From: Euryarchaeota archaeon UBA89
Lineage (GTDB): Archaea > Thermoplasmatota > Poseidoniia > Poseidoniales > Thalassarchaeaceae
Assembly (NCBI GenBank): GCA_002495525.1
Contig: DAFS01000008.1
Coordinates: 1-53,615, forward strand
Length of the DNA: 53,615 nucleotides
Reading direction: 5' to 3'
Shown: positions 9,701-17,798 of the stretch, piece by piece
How positions within the stretch are numbered: position 1 is the first letter of the stretch
Layout of the letters: each line of letters starts with the position of its first letter
Position numbers and translations under genes: made by a program
Notes under the pieces: generated by a model
Told to the model about the DNA's origin: nothing
Seen by the model: only the letters and a program-made list of their open reading frames with translations
The model's database searches: none

Positions 9701-11762
9701 TGATTTCGAACAAACAGTCCACCGACAAATAATCAAGACGTTATGTCCTAATGCTGGAACAATTAATCACGCTATGTTGTTAGATCCACAATTATTGAGA
9801 GACGACCCTCAATCATTCCTTCCGGATGGTTTCGGACCAGTCAATGTAATTATTCGGTTTTCAGAGAATCTACCTCATGAAGGCTGTGATCCAATAGATC
9901 AAGAAATGCTTTCGATTTCAGGAGCATGGGACCCATGCGCCCAAGTTTTGAATAGTGATCACTATCGTAAGGTATTCCAGTATAACGGACAAGGATTTAG
10001 TCTGATTGGAGGCACACAGTTGTCTGTAGACAATCAGATTGTCTATACTTCAGAAATAGATCAATTAACTGGTCAACCTATTGATAAACCAATGACAGTA
10101 ACTGGGCAATTAGTTGATGAATTGAACACAAATCTATCTAATCGTCCAATACAAGTCCAGTATGAAATGGTTGGTACTGAATTGGGTGTAAACGCTTGTA
10201 ATGGTGGTATAACTGATTCCAACGGTTTCTTTTCAATAGTGTGTCCTCTAAACGATATTCAAGCAGGGCAGGCTAAGGTAACTGTGAACTATTATTCATA
10301 TGAGACCGGAGATCAATACAGATACAAAAACTCTAGTATTACTAAGTTCTTCCCAGTATTCTCTAATTCAACAATGACTGTGCAAGAAGTTGGACCTTTC
10401 AGAACAGATATAGATACATTTAGATTTGAGAATGGTACTGTATTCCCAGTACTTTACTTGAAAGAGTCATTCCACATTGATGCCAAATTAGCCCAAGTTA
10501 ATGGTAATCCGGTTGGAGGTAAATGTCTCAATATTTACCTAGATCCTGAAACCAACACCAGACCCTTTGCAACGGCAATTACCCAAGATGGAACTGGAGA
10601 AATTGAATGGTATTCAGGAGATCCTGACGATAATCCTAGCCGTAAAGGAGTAGAGCCGAGCGGTCAGAAACTTGAAGGTTTTAGAACAATTAGAATTGCA
10701 TATGAACCGACAAAAGAATTACCTGGTGGGTGTAAAGCAGAAACAACACCTGTTGTGAATGGATCATATGAAGACATAGAAGTCCTTGTAAGAAGCAAGG
10801 TGGATATTCTATTGAAAGATCATTGGGCAAGAGCTGAAGGATACCAAGAAGGAGATATTGTAACCGGAAAAGTTTCAATTTTACGAGACAGACTAGATGT
10901 TTCAGTAGAAGGCGAGACAGTCATTTTCACTTTCCAATATTGGAATGGAACGGGCTATGTAACCAATAATGTTGAGTACTCTGTTACAAATGAAAAGGGC
11001 GAAGCAAATTTCAGTTTCGTTTACAGTGGTAAAGAAGTACCTGGAGGAACAAAAGGAAATGAACTCGCTGTGAATGGTCAATGGAGAGTATTAGTTCACT
11101 TCCAAGAATCGTCATTCTTCCAAGAGGAATTTTTGAATAGCACCCCCACAATTGAACTCGGGGATGTCGCAGCTTCTTCGGAAACAAATTTCTGGACCTT
11201 TAGAGTAATCACAGTACTTGGAATTCTCTTTTCGTTTGCTCTATTAATTGGTGCAATAATGTATAGAAATTATAATGAAAGAAGAAGAATTGAGATTATT
11301 CGTGGTATTCTTACAGATTCTTTAATGTCACTAAAAGCCTCTAATGATTACATAGCAACAATATTTGATTGTTACAAGCAATTGGTCAGATTCTTCAGAA
11401 GTAGGGGGGCTATGAAGAAGGTGTATGAAACGACTAGAGAGTTCGAAGATGCAGTACATACAATGCTAGGTGGAATAACTCCTCCAGAGGATTTAGATAC
11501 GCTATTCTCGATATTTGAAGAGGCTAGATATTCAGATCATGAAATAGGTGCCGACCAAAGAGACAGAGCAATGGAAGCACTTCAGTCAATAATTAACCAT
11601 TTGAGCAATTCACTTGGTGAGAGTATGTTGAACCGAACCTCATCTACAGAATCAGGACTTTACGGTTCAGTTGTAAAGGCAGGTACATTCGTTGATTCTG
11701 AAGGACAGACAAGGATTGCAGGTATTGATGATGACGATGAAAGAGATGGTTTTTCGCTATAA
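3780..11762 (+). CDS. Giant (2660 aa) Ca-binding surface protein with C-terminal TM anchor and DUF4129-like cytoplasmic tail
   Basis: GTG at 3780 (alternative ATG at 3789). N-terminal hydrophobic signal/anchor VAGVMVFIMLFSTQMY. Dozens of thrombospondin type-3-like repeats (DxDxDGxxDxxD/DDDNDG). A cupredoxin-like module lacks Cu ligands (about nt 4732-4960, GDIITWINIDTEDRTLQ). The long beta-rich region has many N-x-S/T sequons. A TM helix FWTFRVITVLGILFSFALLIGAIMY lies at about 11189-11265. The tail TTREFEDAV...FEEARYSDHEI resembles DUF4129. Confidence 0.85.
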   Translation: MVAMKGKLQENISLKGLKKSMVAGVMVFIMLFSTQMYSFQDFEPYSEEESEWGPVIKRTAFQQIDVADGPMAESSEIQLGAEYSFSHPAFSDPMYHDPLSMYGKVSDPAALAIDPSYGFLLEETDTEDHDNDGISDLNDLDDDNDGISDLIERFDGCYGTDPFDHDNDGIQDEFDWDDDNDGLLEGPIDWSQGADPKNNTEDRYVIPTAIHPWTQTVVGTGYRIDQNLLDHDNDGVTDEDIDGNGKGSYDEDDDNDGRIDQFTWPCDFDSDGIQDYFDLDDDDDSVPDLWDAHPWNSQITSNITENNLWNDWVEWDVGPSTFTIIVDSTGINPENITIETGDIITWINIDTEDRTLQSQGNIFPNSLISANGGQWSFQFNSTSQQILYQNIGLSSTSQGNISVTQSTFTGSDYYGDYVGGVDFVEREKAWHPKVQAFSSIVDGDLDGDGIPNFLDPDNDNDGSPDSSDTDDDNDGLADMYDVDDDNDGILDTCLQTDTNLDASGDYPIPNQPFYDGSIMTPGVDCEIDYDRDLDDDRYRVIDQDYDLIWDWLDTDLGGVPIPDNTVGGTLTDASDLPWDLDNDGQINEEDIFPTVPQSTVDTWDCPSLTNPNPSNPDDNCYLMRKSYTGFNDWDEDGINNWDDIDDDNDGIFDWLDIDDNCDLDDDNDLHLLNGSKYRDDGPNDIDTDVDGDGLPNDEDWDDDNDGISDYYDPDDGNCGIQDLDATDPFDNTYPTSDGDLLDGSADGQLYAFPIVYQMYWNQTWMFNPFTSDNGFVLDYNGFDEANPTASGQIPELYWHVIQKWSPYNGGNHFDIDIDGDSLINGIDVDQDGDGLPDWWDQDEGNDGLLDVNDIKMGGSFDDNTCGATLFWIYVPQQPQAIDHECGIFYAWYFGAPLVTPTRANQVEYTYPYSTRADPDYSDGAYNGSNSQGQWTCNKNCFHFTFDPQSGVSPTAAVTYNQMKDNRDLWIAYIGLTYGFFQWTADSNANFFPDERADLLNNDVDPDDDCGAPVTGNMEPQCLFNDTADLDDDFDGVYDHWDVDDDSDGIWDYFEVDSNDDLDDDTGTIPPGNFYTGSNCEDNDDDGTDTDPDEDGWFQAVHDKGVLGQGLLNPKYYDVDNDNDGVPDGEDPDDDNNGVLDSDQELLCFVGEEQMTWDHDNDGIVNWKDDDWDGDGRSNLIELNTATPFISAWDHDNDGLRDDIDLDDDSDGMKDEDEIMLWPSRYGSESTNPWDHDDFGGGEGIANPTDPNTGPDAIDEDDDNDSRIDTDWDQLEEENGSSSDWDSDNDGILDEDDKIPTRITLTSPDVLWLDNLYAAKFNGTVSWLDLDQGVFAPAENLPVQVHIAWTRNGTSAVETVDVLTDADGKFVVGQFLFPEDLPVGSNTTYHVYAEVTEMFLHDGSSTQPVPTEVRANTTIDYVAWTYFRSDEQPLFVDYKVHYAADWDRGIFDNKLSHAPISFTVHGGPFGNLTHPTIFDGYGYGYRADSGGWVSLSFVQTSGSQGVWKQVQWNSTIDNGPGKVPGAYEEIVWDNTSKSHSVVGLYEYTNTSLPIGDYMFIGESRPDLGGEMPWPYLEGDKTDSFAIRSMHRMYVEADIITPSIRPVYFYDSTQFTGSSFGAWRALFHAPSLANAGLEYSDVSLGKQYPMLWDGTPQGLTGEAANLRSFISSNGTHWFIAMQNGGDFNVPPCGPINPLDPASEVRCEIVPEMFTGETFRVFGTVWNRTMTAWPHDAMALQVDIDKNGVFAGSQETGFARVPDMINGEAVFDYNWTWYSQYPAGVYGIRADFTNSNYYFTGNQSAVLAPTGAYVNVSVIGTTDFQLNNIPRLYRGQNTTIEARVIDNAYQPVRDAPVNYTWSADGTSDVAVTDINGVFKINLTIGEMHELGNFSLSFTYPGDTYRQGSSSGIDLWVVSRTYIDLQSTTENRLSSGDIWEFTAQVTDDNRTAAIKDKGELLDGCDENGGEILVILEGVDFEQTVHRQIIKTLCPNAGTINHAMLLDPQLLRDDPQSFLPDGFGPVNVIIRFSENLPHEGCDPIDQEMLSISGAWDPCAQVLNSDHYRKVFQYNGQGFSLIGGTQLSVDNQIVYTSEIDQLTGQPIDKPMTVTGQLVDELNTNLSNRPIQVQYEMVGTELGVNACNGGITDSNGFFSIVCPLNDIQAGQAKVTVNYYSYETGDQYRYKNSSITKFFPVFSNSTMTVQEVGPFRTDIDTFRFENGTVFPVLYLKESFHIDAKLAQVNGNPVGGKCLNIYLDPETNTRPFATAITQDGTGEIEWYSGDPDDNPSRKGVEPSGQKLEGFRTIRIAYEPTKELPGGCKAETTPVVNGSYEDIEVLVRSKVDILLKDHWARAEGYQEGDIVTGKVSILRDRLDVSVEGETVIFTFQYWNGTGYVTNNVEYSVTNEKGEANFSFVYSGKEVPGGTKGNELAVNGQWRVLVHFQESSFFQEEFLNSTPTIELGDVAASSETNFWTFRVITVLGILFSFALLIGAIMYRNYNERRRIEIIRGILTDSLMSLKASNDYIATIFDCYKQLVRFFRSRGAMKKVYETTREFEDAVHTMLGGITPPEDLDTLFSIFEEARYSDHEIGADQRDRAMEALQSIINHLSNSLGESMLNRTSSTESGLYGSVVKAGTFVDSEGQTRIAGIDDDDERDGFSL
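4161..7670 (+). repeat. Array of thrombospondin type-3-like Ca-binding coding repeats inside the giant CDS
   Basis: Recurrent gat-rich units encode D-x-D-x-D-G-x-x-D and DDDNDG, for example DHDNDGISDLNDLDDDNDGISDL at the start and DWDSDNDGILDEDD at the end. The repeats are degenerate at nucleotide level. Confidence 0.7.
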
Positions 11763-11908
11763 TCTCTAAATCTGAAGTCCGTAATTAACTGTGGCGTGTT
11801 AAACAACCACATTGGCCGCAGTGCAACGAATTAACCTCTTGGCGAGTAGTAGCATTCATAACAGGTCGTCAGGTGGCCGCGATACCTAAGAAACGTCGAG
11901 GGAGTTAT

Positions 11909-12274
11909 ATGAGTAAGAACAACAGAAAGACCAACGCGGCCCTAATCGCCTTAATCGGCGATTTAAAGGCTCAGAGCAGGTCAACTGGTTCTGCACTATG
12001 GCGAGACGTTGCATTGCGACTGGAAACCAGTCGCAGTAATTGGGCTGAACCGAACCTAAGCCGTCTTTCGCGATACGCAGCGAATGAAGGAATGGTCCTA
12101 GTTCCTGGTAAATTACTAGGAAGTGGAGAAGTAGCAGGTAAGCCCAACGTCGCAGCATATAGTGTCAGTTCTGGAGCCCGCTCTAAAATTGAAGACGCAG
12201 GCGGACGTGTAATTACGATTCGTGAACTAATGAATGAAAACCCAGAAGGTTCGGGGGTGAGAATCCTTGGATGA
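11909..12274 (+). CDS. rpl18e: 50S ribosomal protein L18e
   Basis: MSKNNRKTNAALIALIGDLK... with length and basic character typical of archaeal L18e. It is the first gene of the conserved L18e-L13-S9-RpoN operon. The ORF opens at 11873 but ATG 11909 gives the canonical length. Confidence 0.85.
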   Translation: MSKNNRKTNAALIALIGDLKAQSRSTGSALWRDVALRLETSRSNWAEPNLSRLSRYAANEGMVLVPGKLLGSGEVAGKPNVAAYSVSSGARSKIEDAGGRVITIRELMNENPEGSGVRILG

Positions 12275-12752
12275 ATCCGGAACTATAGTGTACGACGCTA
12301 CAGATAAGGTGCTTGGAAGACTGGCTAGTGTAGTTGCAAAACAACTACTTTCCGCTAGAAAAGCAGGCAACCCAGTTAGAATAATTGTTCTAAATGCTGA
12401 AAATGCAATTGTTTCGGGACCACGAGCTCGTGTGTTAGCAGATTATGATTTCAAGTACAAGTTAAATCATCCTCGTAAAGGACCATTCTTCCCTAGAATG
12501 CCAGATCAAATAATGAAGAGAACTGTTCGGGGAATGTTACCATACCAAAAGAATAGTAGTGGTCGAAATGCAGTAAGAGATCTAAGAGTAATGATCGGCT
12601 GTCCGGCCAATCTGTCAGGTGAAGATTTACCTTCAGGACATACATGGGGTGACACAACAGCTCTAGATCGTCCACTACCAGTTAAGTTTGTACGACTAGG
12701 AGAAATATCATCATCACTTGGTGTCGATGCGACACGTTGGGGAGGTCAGTAA
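12267..12752 (+). CDS. rpl13: 50S ribosomal protein L13 (uL13)
   Basis: [21 protein letters not shown] is the uL13 N-terminal signature. The start is non-ATG (TTG 12267, or GTG 12288) and overlaps the rpl18e stop. Confidence 0.9.
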   Translation: MDESGTIVYDATDKVLGRLASVVAKQLLSARKAGNPVRIIVLNAENAIVSGPRARVLADYDFKYKLNHPRKGPFFPRMPDQIMKRTVRGMLPYQKNSSGRNAVRDLRVMIGCPANLSGEDLPSGHTWGDTTALDRPLPVKFVRLGEISSSLGVDATRWGGQ

Positions 12753-12754
12753 AT

Positions 12755-13201
12755 ATGGCTAAGAAAAAAGGTAAAATTTCAGTTGAAACAAGTGGTAAAA
12801 GAAAGACTGCAGTAGCGCGTGCAACAGTTCGTAAAGGGCAAGGTCGCGTCCGAGTTAACAACCAACCTATTCACATAATGGAACCAACTCTTGCACGTCG
12901 CAAAGCACTCGAACCAGTCCAAATTGCTGAAGCAATGGGCCGTCTAAGTGACGTTGACATCGTTGTAGACGTTCAAGGCGGAGGGCAAATGGGTCAAGTA
13001 GATGCAATTAGAACTGCCATCGCTCGTGGATTAGTCAAATGGAATCGTGGCGCACACAAAGATGAGGGTGATGACGAAGAATTGAAAAATGAATACTTAA
13101 GATTCGATCGCAGTCTTCTTGTTAATGATCCAAGACGCAAAGAAGCCAAACATCAAATGGGTCGTGGTGCCCGTGCCAAATGGCAGAAATCATATAGATG
13201 A
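12755..13201 (+). CDS. rps9: 30S ribosomal protein S9 (uS9)
   Basis: [23 protein letters not shown] and the C-terminal [12 protein letters not shown] are uS9 signatures. GGAGGT lies 8-14 nt upstream of ATG 12755. Confidence 0.9.
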   Translation: MAKKKGKISVETSGKRKTAVARATVRKGQGRVRVNNQPIHIMEPTLARRKALEPVQIAEAMGRLSDVDIVVDVQGGGQMGQVDAIRTAIARGLVKWNRGAHKDEGDDEELKNEYLRFDRSLLVNDPRRKEAKHQMGRGARAKWQKSYR

Positions 13202-13212
13202 GGTGAATAAAT

Positions 13213-13419
13213 ATGTTGATACCAGTCCGTTGTTGGAGTTGTGGGAAAGTTATCGCTCACAAATATGAAGAATACAAAGAAGCAGTAGTAAATGGAGAAG
13301 ATGCCCAAGTTGTTTTGGATAATTTAGGTATGGAAAAATATTGCTGCCGGAGAATGTTTGTCGCTCATATCGATTTAATCGATGAAGTGGCGCCGTTCAG
13401 CATTGCTCGTGAAAACTGA
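13213..13419 (+). CDS. rpoN: DNA-directed RNA polymerase subunit N (Rpb10 homologue)
   Basis: MLIPVRCWSCGKVIAHKYEEY...CCRRMFVAHIDLID is the Zn-binding RpoN/Rpb10 motif. GAGGTGA lies upstream. Confidence 0.9.
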   Translation: MLIPVRCWSCGKVIAHKYEEYKEAVVNGEDAQVVLDNLGMEKYCCRRMFVAHIDLIDEVAPFSIAREN

Positions 13420-13470
13420 GTTTACACTTAGGTTAGGGCTTTGAACCCAAAGAACCCCCATTGAATAACA

Positions 13471-13548
13471 GGGCCTGTAGGTTAGCTTGGTCTATACTTC
13501 GCGGCTGGGGGTCGCGCGACCCAGGTTCAAATCCTGGCTGGCCCACCA
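13471..13548 (+). tRNA. tRNA-Pro (anticodon GGG), CCA encoded
   Basis: Hand-folded cloverleaf. Acceptor GGGCCTG/CTGGCCC has one U-U mismatch at 6:67. Anticodon stem CGCGG/TCGCG closes the loop CTGGGGG. T arm is CCAGG-TTCAAAT-CCTGG. Discriminator A is followed by CCA. Confidence 0.8.
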
Positions 13549-13624
13549 TTCTTACTCAGCTTATGCAAGACATTTCTGAAGTCTCAATACGCACGTTCAA
13601 GTCGCCCCCCTCTTCTCAATAGAC

Positions 13625-15754
13625 ATGATTGGTGAGCGCCCAACCGGCGATGATAAGCAGGCGCTTGTCTCTTGGCTTACCAAGCAAATTTCATACTATT
13701 CAAATCTATACTATAATCAAGCTATATCTGAAATTTCCGATGCCGAATTCGATTCATTATGGTCTGAATTAAAAAGATTAGACCCACAAAATCCTCAACT
13801 TGAAATGGTTGGTTCAGACTCTATTCCAGGCAGTAAAAAAATTACTCACTTATTTCCGATGCGTAGTCTAGATAAGGCAACCACAATAAAAGAAATCCGC
13901 CATTTTGTTTCCGAAACAACTGTAGATGGTAAACAGTTTGTCTGTCAGCCTAAACTTGATGGTTCAGCACTTTCTATAGAATATAGGAGAGGTAGATTGG
14001 TTAGAGCCGCAACGAGAGGTAATGGTACAAGAGGAGAAGACGTTACTGCCAATGCTAGAAGGATTTCTAATGTTCCAGAATCAATCAATTGGGATGGTGA
14101 TTGTCATATTAGAGGAGAAGTAATAATGCCATTATCAATTTTTCATAAAAAGTATTCTTTGGTCGCTCCTAATCCTCGTAATCTTGCTGCCGGATGCCTT
14201 AGACAAAAAACAAAGGAATCAGGTAAAGCTAAGCCTGAAGATTTAATTTTTCTTGCTTATGATGTTAAATTTCCTGGGCTAGATTCTAAACACCCAGATA
14301 GCCCCCCATCTCCAAATTTCAATTATGATTCTGATTTAAACGAATGGCTTTCAACTAATGGAATACAAATAGCAGGAAATGCAGTTGTTACTGCCGATAA
14401 TACTGAAGAATTAACTCAGAAGATTTCATCTATTACAGAATATTGGACTGAAAAAAGAGATAGTATTGAATGGGAAATCGACGGAGTAGTCATCAAGCTC
14501 GATTTACTATCAAAGAGAGAATCTCTTGGAATGACCGCTCATCACCCTCGATGGGCTCTTGCGTGGAAGTTTCCCCCAGAGGAAGCAAATACTGTTCTAA
14601 TGGGTGTGGATTGGCAAGTAGGACGAACGGGTACAGTGACTCCAGTCGCTAGAGTCGCACCGGTTACCGTATCTGGCGTAACAGTTGAAAATGTAACTTT
14701 GCACAATTCTGGTGAAGTAGATAGATTAAAAATTGCAATTGGCGATAAAGTAAAGTTGGTCAGACGAGGCGATGTAATTCCCAAAATAGTTGAAGTCATA
14801 GGTAAAGCAACTTTTGCAGATATTGAAGGCAGAATTCATTCAGATGGTGCAAAATTCAATGAAAATCTGCCTAAATATTCTCAAATTATTATTCCTACTT
14901 CCTGTCCAAGGTGTGAAACAGATTTGATTCAGGATGGTGCATTTATACGATGTACAAACATGAATTGCCCCTCACGTCTAGAGAGAACTATACTTTATTG
15001 GGCTCGATCACTAGAATTAGATGGTGTTGGCGAGAAATTAGTTCAGCAGTTATGTTCGGATGGCCTAGTAAAAAATTTACCTGATCTTTATGAGTTGAAA
15101 GTTAGTGATATTTCGAATCTTGAAAGAATGGGCATAAAGTCCGCAACCAATGTTATAGGAGAATTAGAATCTAGTAAGAAAATGTCACTTAGTAAGTTCC
15201 TTTCAGCTCTTGGTATCCCTGGAATAGGTCCTGAGATAGCTGCCTCTGTGGCAACTAAAGTTTCATCTATAGAAAATCTCTTAATCTTAGCCAATAAAAG
15301 GAATGAAGATTTTGAAGAAACTAATTCTGCAATCAATTTGTTAATTGAAATTGATGGTATAGGAGAAAAAGTAGCAAATCAGATTCTAGATGGTTTAGCT
15401 ATTAGGATGGATATGGTACAAAGACTTCAATCACATCTAGAAATTTATTCCGAATTAAAGCCTGTATCAAATGGTTCTTTAACGGGAAATACATTTTGTA
15501 TAACTGGGACTTTGACACGTTCCCGTAAAGAAATAGCATTATTGATAAAATCAAATGGGGGTAAGATAGTTAGTTCTGTTTCTAAGAATCTTAGCTATCT
15601 CGTTGCAGGTGAGTCGGCCGGTTCAAAACTTCAAAATGCTGATAGATTGGGAGTTGAAGTGATAAACGAGAATCAACTAAACGAGATGTTAGAAGTGGAG
15701 GAGGTTACAACTTTGTCCAAAGAAAAATCTCAAAAATCTCTAATGGATTTTTAA
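13625..15754 (+). CDS. ligA: NAD+-dependent DNA ligase
   Basis: Adenylation motif CQPKLDGSALSIEY (KxDG). Zn finger CPRCETDLIQDGAFIRCTNMNCPSR. HhH region, then a C-terminal BRCT module (FCITGTLTRSRKEIALLIKSNGGKIVSSVSKNLSYLVAGESAGSKL). Confidence 0.9.
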   Translation: MIGERPTGDDKQALVSWLTKQISYYSNLYYNQAISEISDAEFDSLWSELKRLDPQNPQLEMVGSDSIPGSKKITHLFPMRSLDKATTIKEIRHFVSETTVDGKQFVCQPKLDGSALSIEYRRGRLVRAATRGNGTRGEDVTANARRISNVPESINWDGDCHIRGEVIMPLSIFHKKYSLVAPNPRNLAAGCLRQKTKESGKAKPEDLIFLAYDVKFPGLDSKHPDSPPSPNFNYDSDLNEWLSTNGIQIAGNAVVTADNTEELTQKISSITEYWTEKRDSIEWEIDGVVIKLDLLSKRESLGMTAHHPRWALAWKFPPEEANTVLMGVDWQVGRTGTVTPVARVAPVTVSGVTVENVTLHNSGEVDRLKIAIGDKVKLVRRGDVIPKIVEVIGKATFADIEGRIHSDGAKFNENLPKYSQIIIPTSCPRCETDLIQDGAFIRCTNMNCPSRLERTILYWARSLELDGVGEKLVQQLCSDGLVKNLPDLYELKVSDISNLERMGIKSATNVIGELESSKKMSLSKFLSALGIPGIGPEIAASVATKVSSIENLLILANKRNEDFEETNSAINLLIEIDGIGEKVANQILDGLAIRMDMVQRLQSHLEIYSELKPVSNGSLTGNTFCITGTLTRSRKEIALLIKSNGGKIVSSVSKNLSYLVAGESAGSKLQNADRLGVEVINENQLNEMLEVEEVTTLSKEKSQKSLMDF

Positions 15755-16561
15755 TTAACCATACATGTTTGAAGCATCATTGGTTGCTTGTTCAGCACCA
15801 GGATTTAGTTGTAAAGCCATCATTTCTCTAATTTGTTCTTCTATTCTCTGAGCTTCTACCAATAACGGCTCAGAGTCTAAATAAATCGCAGGAAGTAATT
15901 TATCGAGACAATTGATTATTCTCGCCGCAGCCCTAGAATCAGGAATAGTGCCATTTCCGAACTCTCCCGATGCTTCTGCTAACATTGCGATACTATTTAC
16001 CGACCTTCTTCTGCTTTCACCCATCATTACTCCGGTCATCCCTCCTATGATTCCCTGTTTCAGAAGTGGAATTTTTAGTTGACTCAACATCTTGTGAGAC
16101 TCTTCTATAGAACCAATCCCTAGTAATGATCCATCAGAATCATCTTCATCGAAAACAGTATGCTTATTTTCAACTCCGGGTGAATAAGCATCAATCATTA
16201 TTGTGGCACTAGCATTGGATTGTTTAATCCAATCAATTAAGGCACCAGATAACGGTAAGCACATCTCTGCAGGAACTTGAATCTCTGAAGCGATTAAAAC
16301 CACTTTATTACATTCTTCCATATTGCATATTGGCTCTCCTGCATAGAATCTCAAAGGAGGAAGGGGCATTCCTTCCTGAACTAAACAAACTGCAGGCAAA
16401 GAAGGATGCCGTACGCCACCGACTAATTTCAAATTCAATTTATCAACTAAATAATGTGCAACAATACTGCTAACAAATCCTAGTGAAGGAAAACAATTGA
16501 CTACTAATGCTCCCGTAATATCAATTTCAGAATCAAACTGTATCTCCGGTTGTGACGTCAT
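15755..16561 (-). CDS. PAC2-family proteasome assembly chaperone (PbaA/PbaB-like)
   Basis: ALVVNCFPSLGFVSSIVAHYLVDKLNLKLVGGVRHPSLPAV is PAC2-like. The extreme C-terminus ...NMYG fits a hydrophobic-Tyr-X (HbYX) proteasome-docking motif. Confidence 0.75.
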   Translation of the reverse strand: MTSQPEIQFDSEIDITGALVVNCFPSLGFVSSIVAHYLVDKLNLKLVGGVRHPSLPAVCLVQEGMPLPPLRFYAGEPICNMEECNKVVLIASEIQVPAEMCLPLSGALIDWIKQSNASATIMIDAYSPGVENKHTVFDEDDSDGSLLGIGSIEESHKMLSQLKIPLLKQGIIGGMTGVMMGESRRRSVNSIAMLAEASGEFGNGTIPDSRAAARIINCLDKLLPAIYLDSEPLLVEAQRIEEQIREMMALQLNPGAEQATNDASNMYG

Positions 16562-16640
16562 TGCTAGATAGTAATAGCCGATGGTGTTAATCCTTATGAC
16601 GCCACGAGCGTGACATCGGATAGTCAGGCAGGTCGAAATT

Positions 16641-17798
16641 GTGGGCGAAATATCTTCTCAACATCAATTATCTCCTTCTTCATGGAATAGATTCGAGGAA
16701 TGCCCAAGGAAATATTGGTTATCTAGACAGCGTTTACCTCGTAAAGCATCTATGCCTGCTTCACTAGGAAATGTCATTCATAACTCCATGGAAGAAATTT
16801 GTAATTTGGATTTCGAAGGTGAAGATGATTCTGAAGTTGGCTGGTTATCTAAAGTGATGAAGAAAACTGTGGATAAGCACTGGGCAATAGAAAAAGAGAT
16901 TTTCCTTAATACACCTCGTCGACCAAACTGGAAATCTCAATCAATAGGAAAAGCCAGAGAAGGGCTAGTCGGAGCACTCAATCTTCTTTTTAGTAAAACA
17001 AAGTTTGAGGGGAAGAAATTTTCTGAAATTTCAATTAAAGATTGGAATGAAATCAAATCAATTGTACTTTCCAATGAAGAGTCATTGATTTCCAATGATG
17101 GAAGATTAATCGGTAGGTTAGATTTACTAATCGACGATTTAGATGAAGACGGGAACTCTAAAGGCTGGATAGTTGCAGATCTTAAAACTGGAAAACCTCC
17201 TAATTCTATTCTCAACGAGAAAGTAACTAGACAATTATTATTTTATAGAGACTTATTGAAAGAAACCAAACCAAATCATCCATCTGTATCTGCCGAAGGA
17301 TGGTATTCCTCTAATCAGAAAATATATTCTACAGAGGGAGATTTTGTACTGGATGACGCAATTTTAGCTTGGAATGATATGAAATTAACTATTCATCCAC
17401 CAGAATCAACACCTAGCGAAGAGTCTTGTGGATTTTGTGAATTTAAGGCTTGGTGCCCTGATTGGTGGATATCTAGAGATATGGGTCATCTTTCTGATAA
17501 GAATTTATTCCGCGACGAGGTTGTAAAAATCATCAAATTTGATGATTTAACAGGCGCTGCAAGATTTGAACGCCAAATACCAGTGGGTAAACGGGGAGAA
17601 TTAACAAGTTCAAATATAAGTTTTGGTGCACTGATTAAAGGCCGAGCATTATCTCAGATAAAGGCACTAATTTCTTCCGATTTTGAAGGGGCAGTATTTC
17701 TCGGAAGTGCAAGATCTCAAGGACAAATCATTCATTTGGGCGACTGGAGCGAGGTTCTCCCCTGGTCTCCTTTATTGGAGTCAAAAAGAGAAGTTTAG
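16641..17798 (+). CDS. Cas4/RecB-like PD-(D/E)XK nuclease with 4-Cys Fe-S cluster motif and extra C-terminal domain
   Basis: GTG start. N-terminal Cys in FEECPRKYW plus CGFCEFKAWC (C-x2-C-x5-C, nt 17427-17456). Nuclease motifs GRLDLLIDD, VADLKTGKP and QLLFYRDLL. About 110 additional C-terminal residues are of unknown fold. Confidence 0.7.
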   Translation: MGEISSQHQLSPSSWNRFEECPRKYWLSRQRLPRKASMPASLGNVIHNSMEEICNLDFEGEDDSEVGWLSKVMKKTVDKHWAIEKEIFLNTPRRPNWKSQSIGKAREGLVGALNLLFSKTKFEGKKFSEISIKDWNEIKSIVLSNEESLISNDGRLIGRLDLLIDDLDEDGNSKGWIVADLKTGKPPNSILNEKVTRQLLFYRDLLKETKPNHPSVSAEGWYSSNQKIYSTEGDFVLDDAILAWNDMKLTIHPPESTPSEESCGFCEFKAWCPDWWISRDMGHLSDKNLFRDEVVKIIKFDDLTGAARFERQIPVGKRGELTSSNISFGALIKGRALSQIKALISSDFEGAVFLGSARSQGQIIHLGDWSEVLPWSPLLESKREV

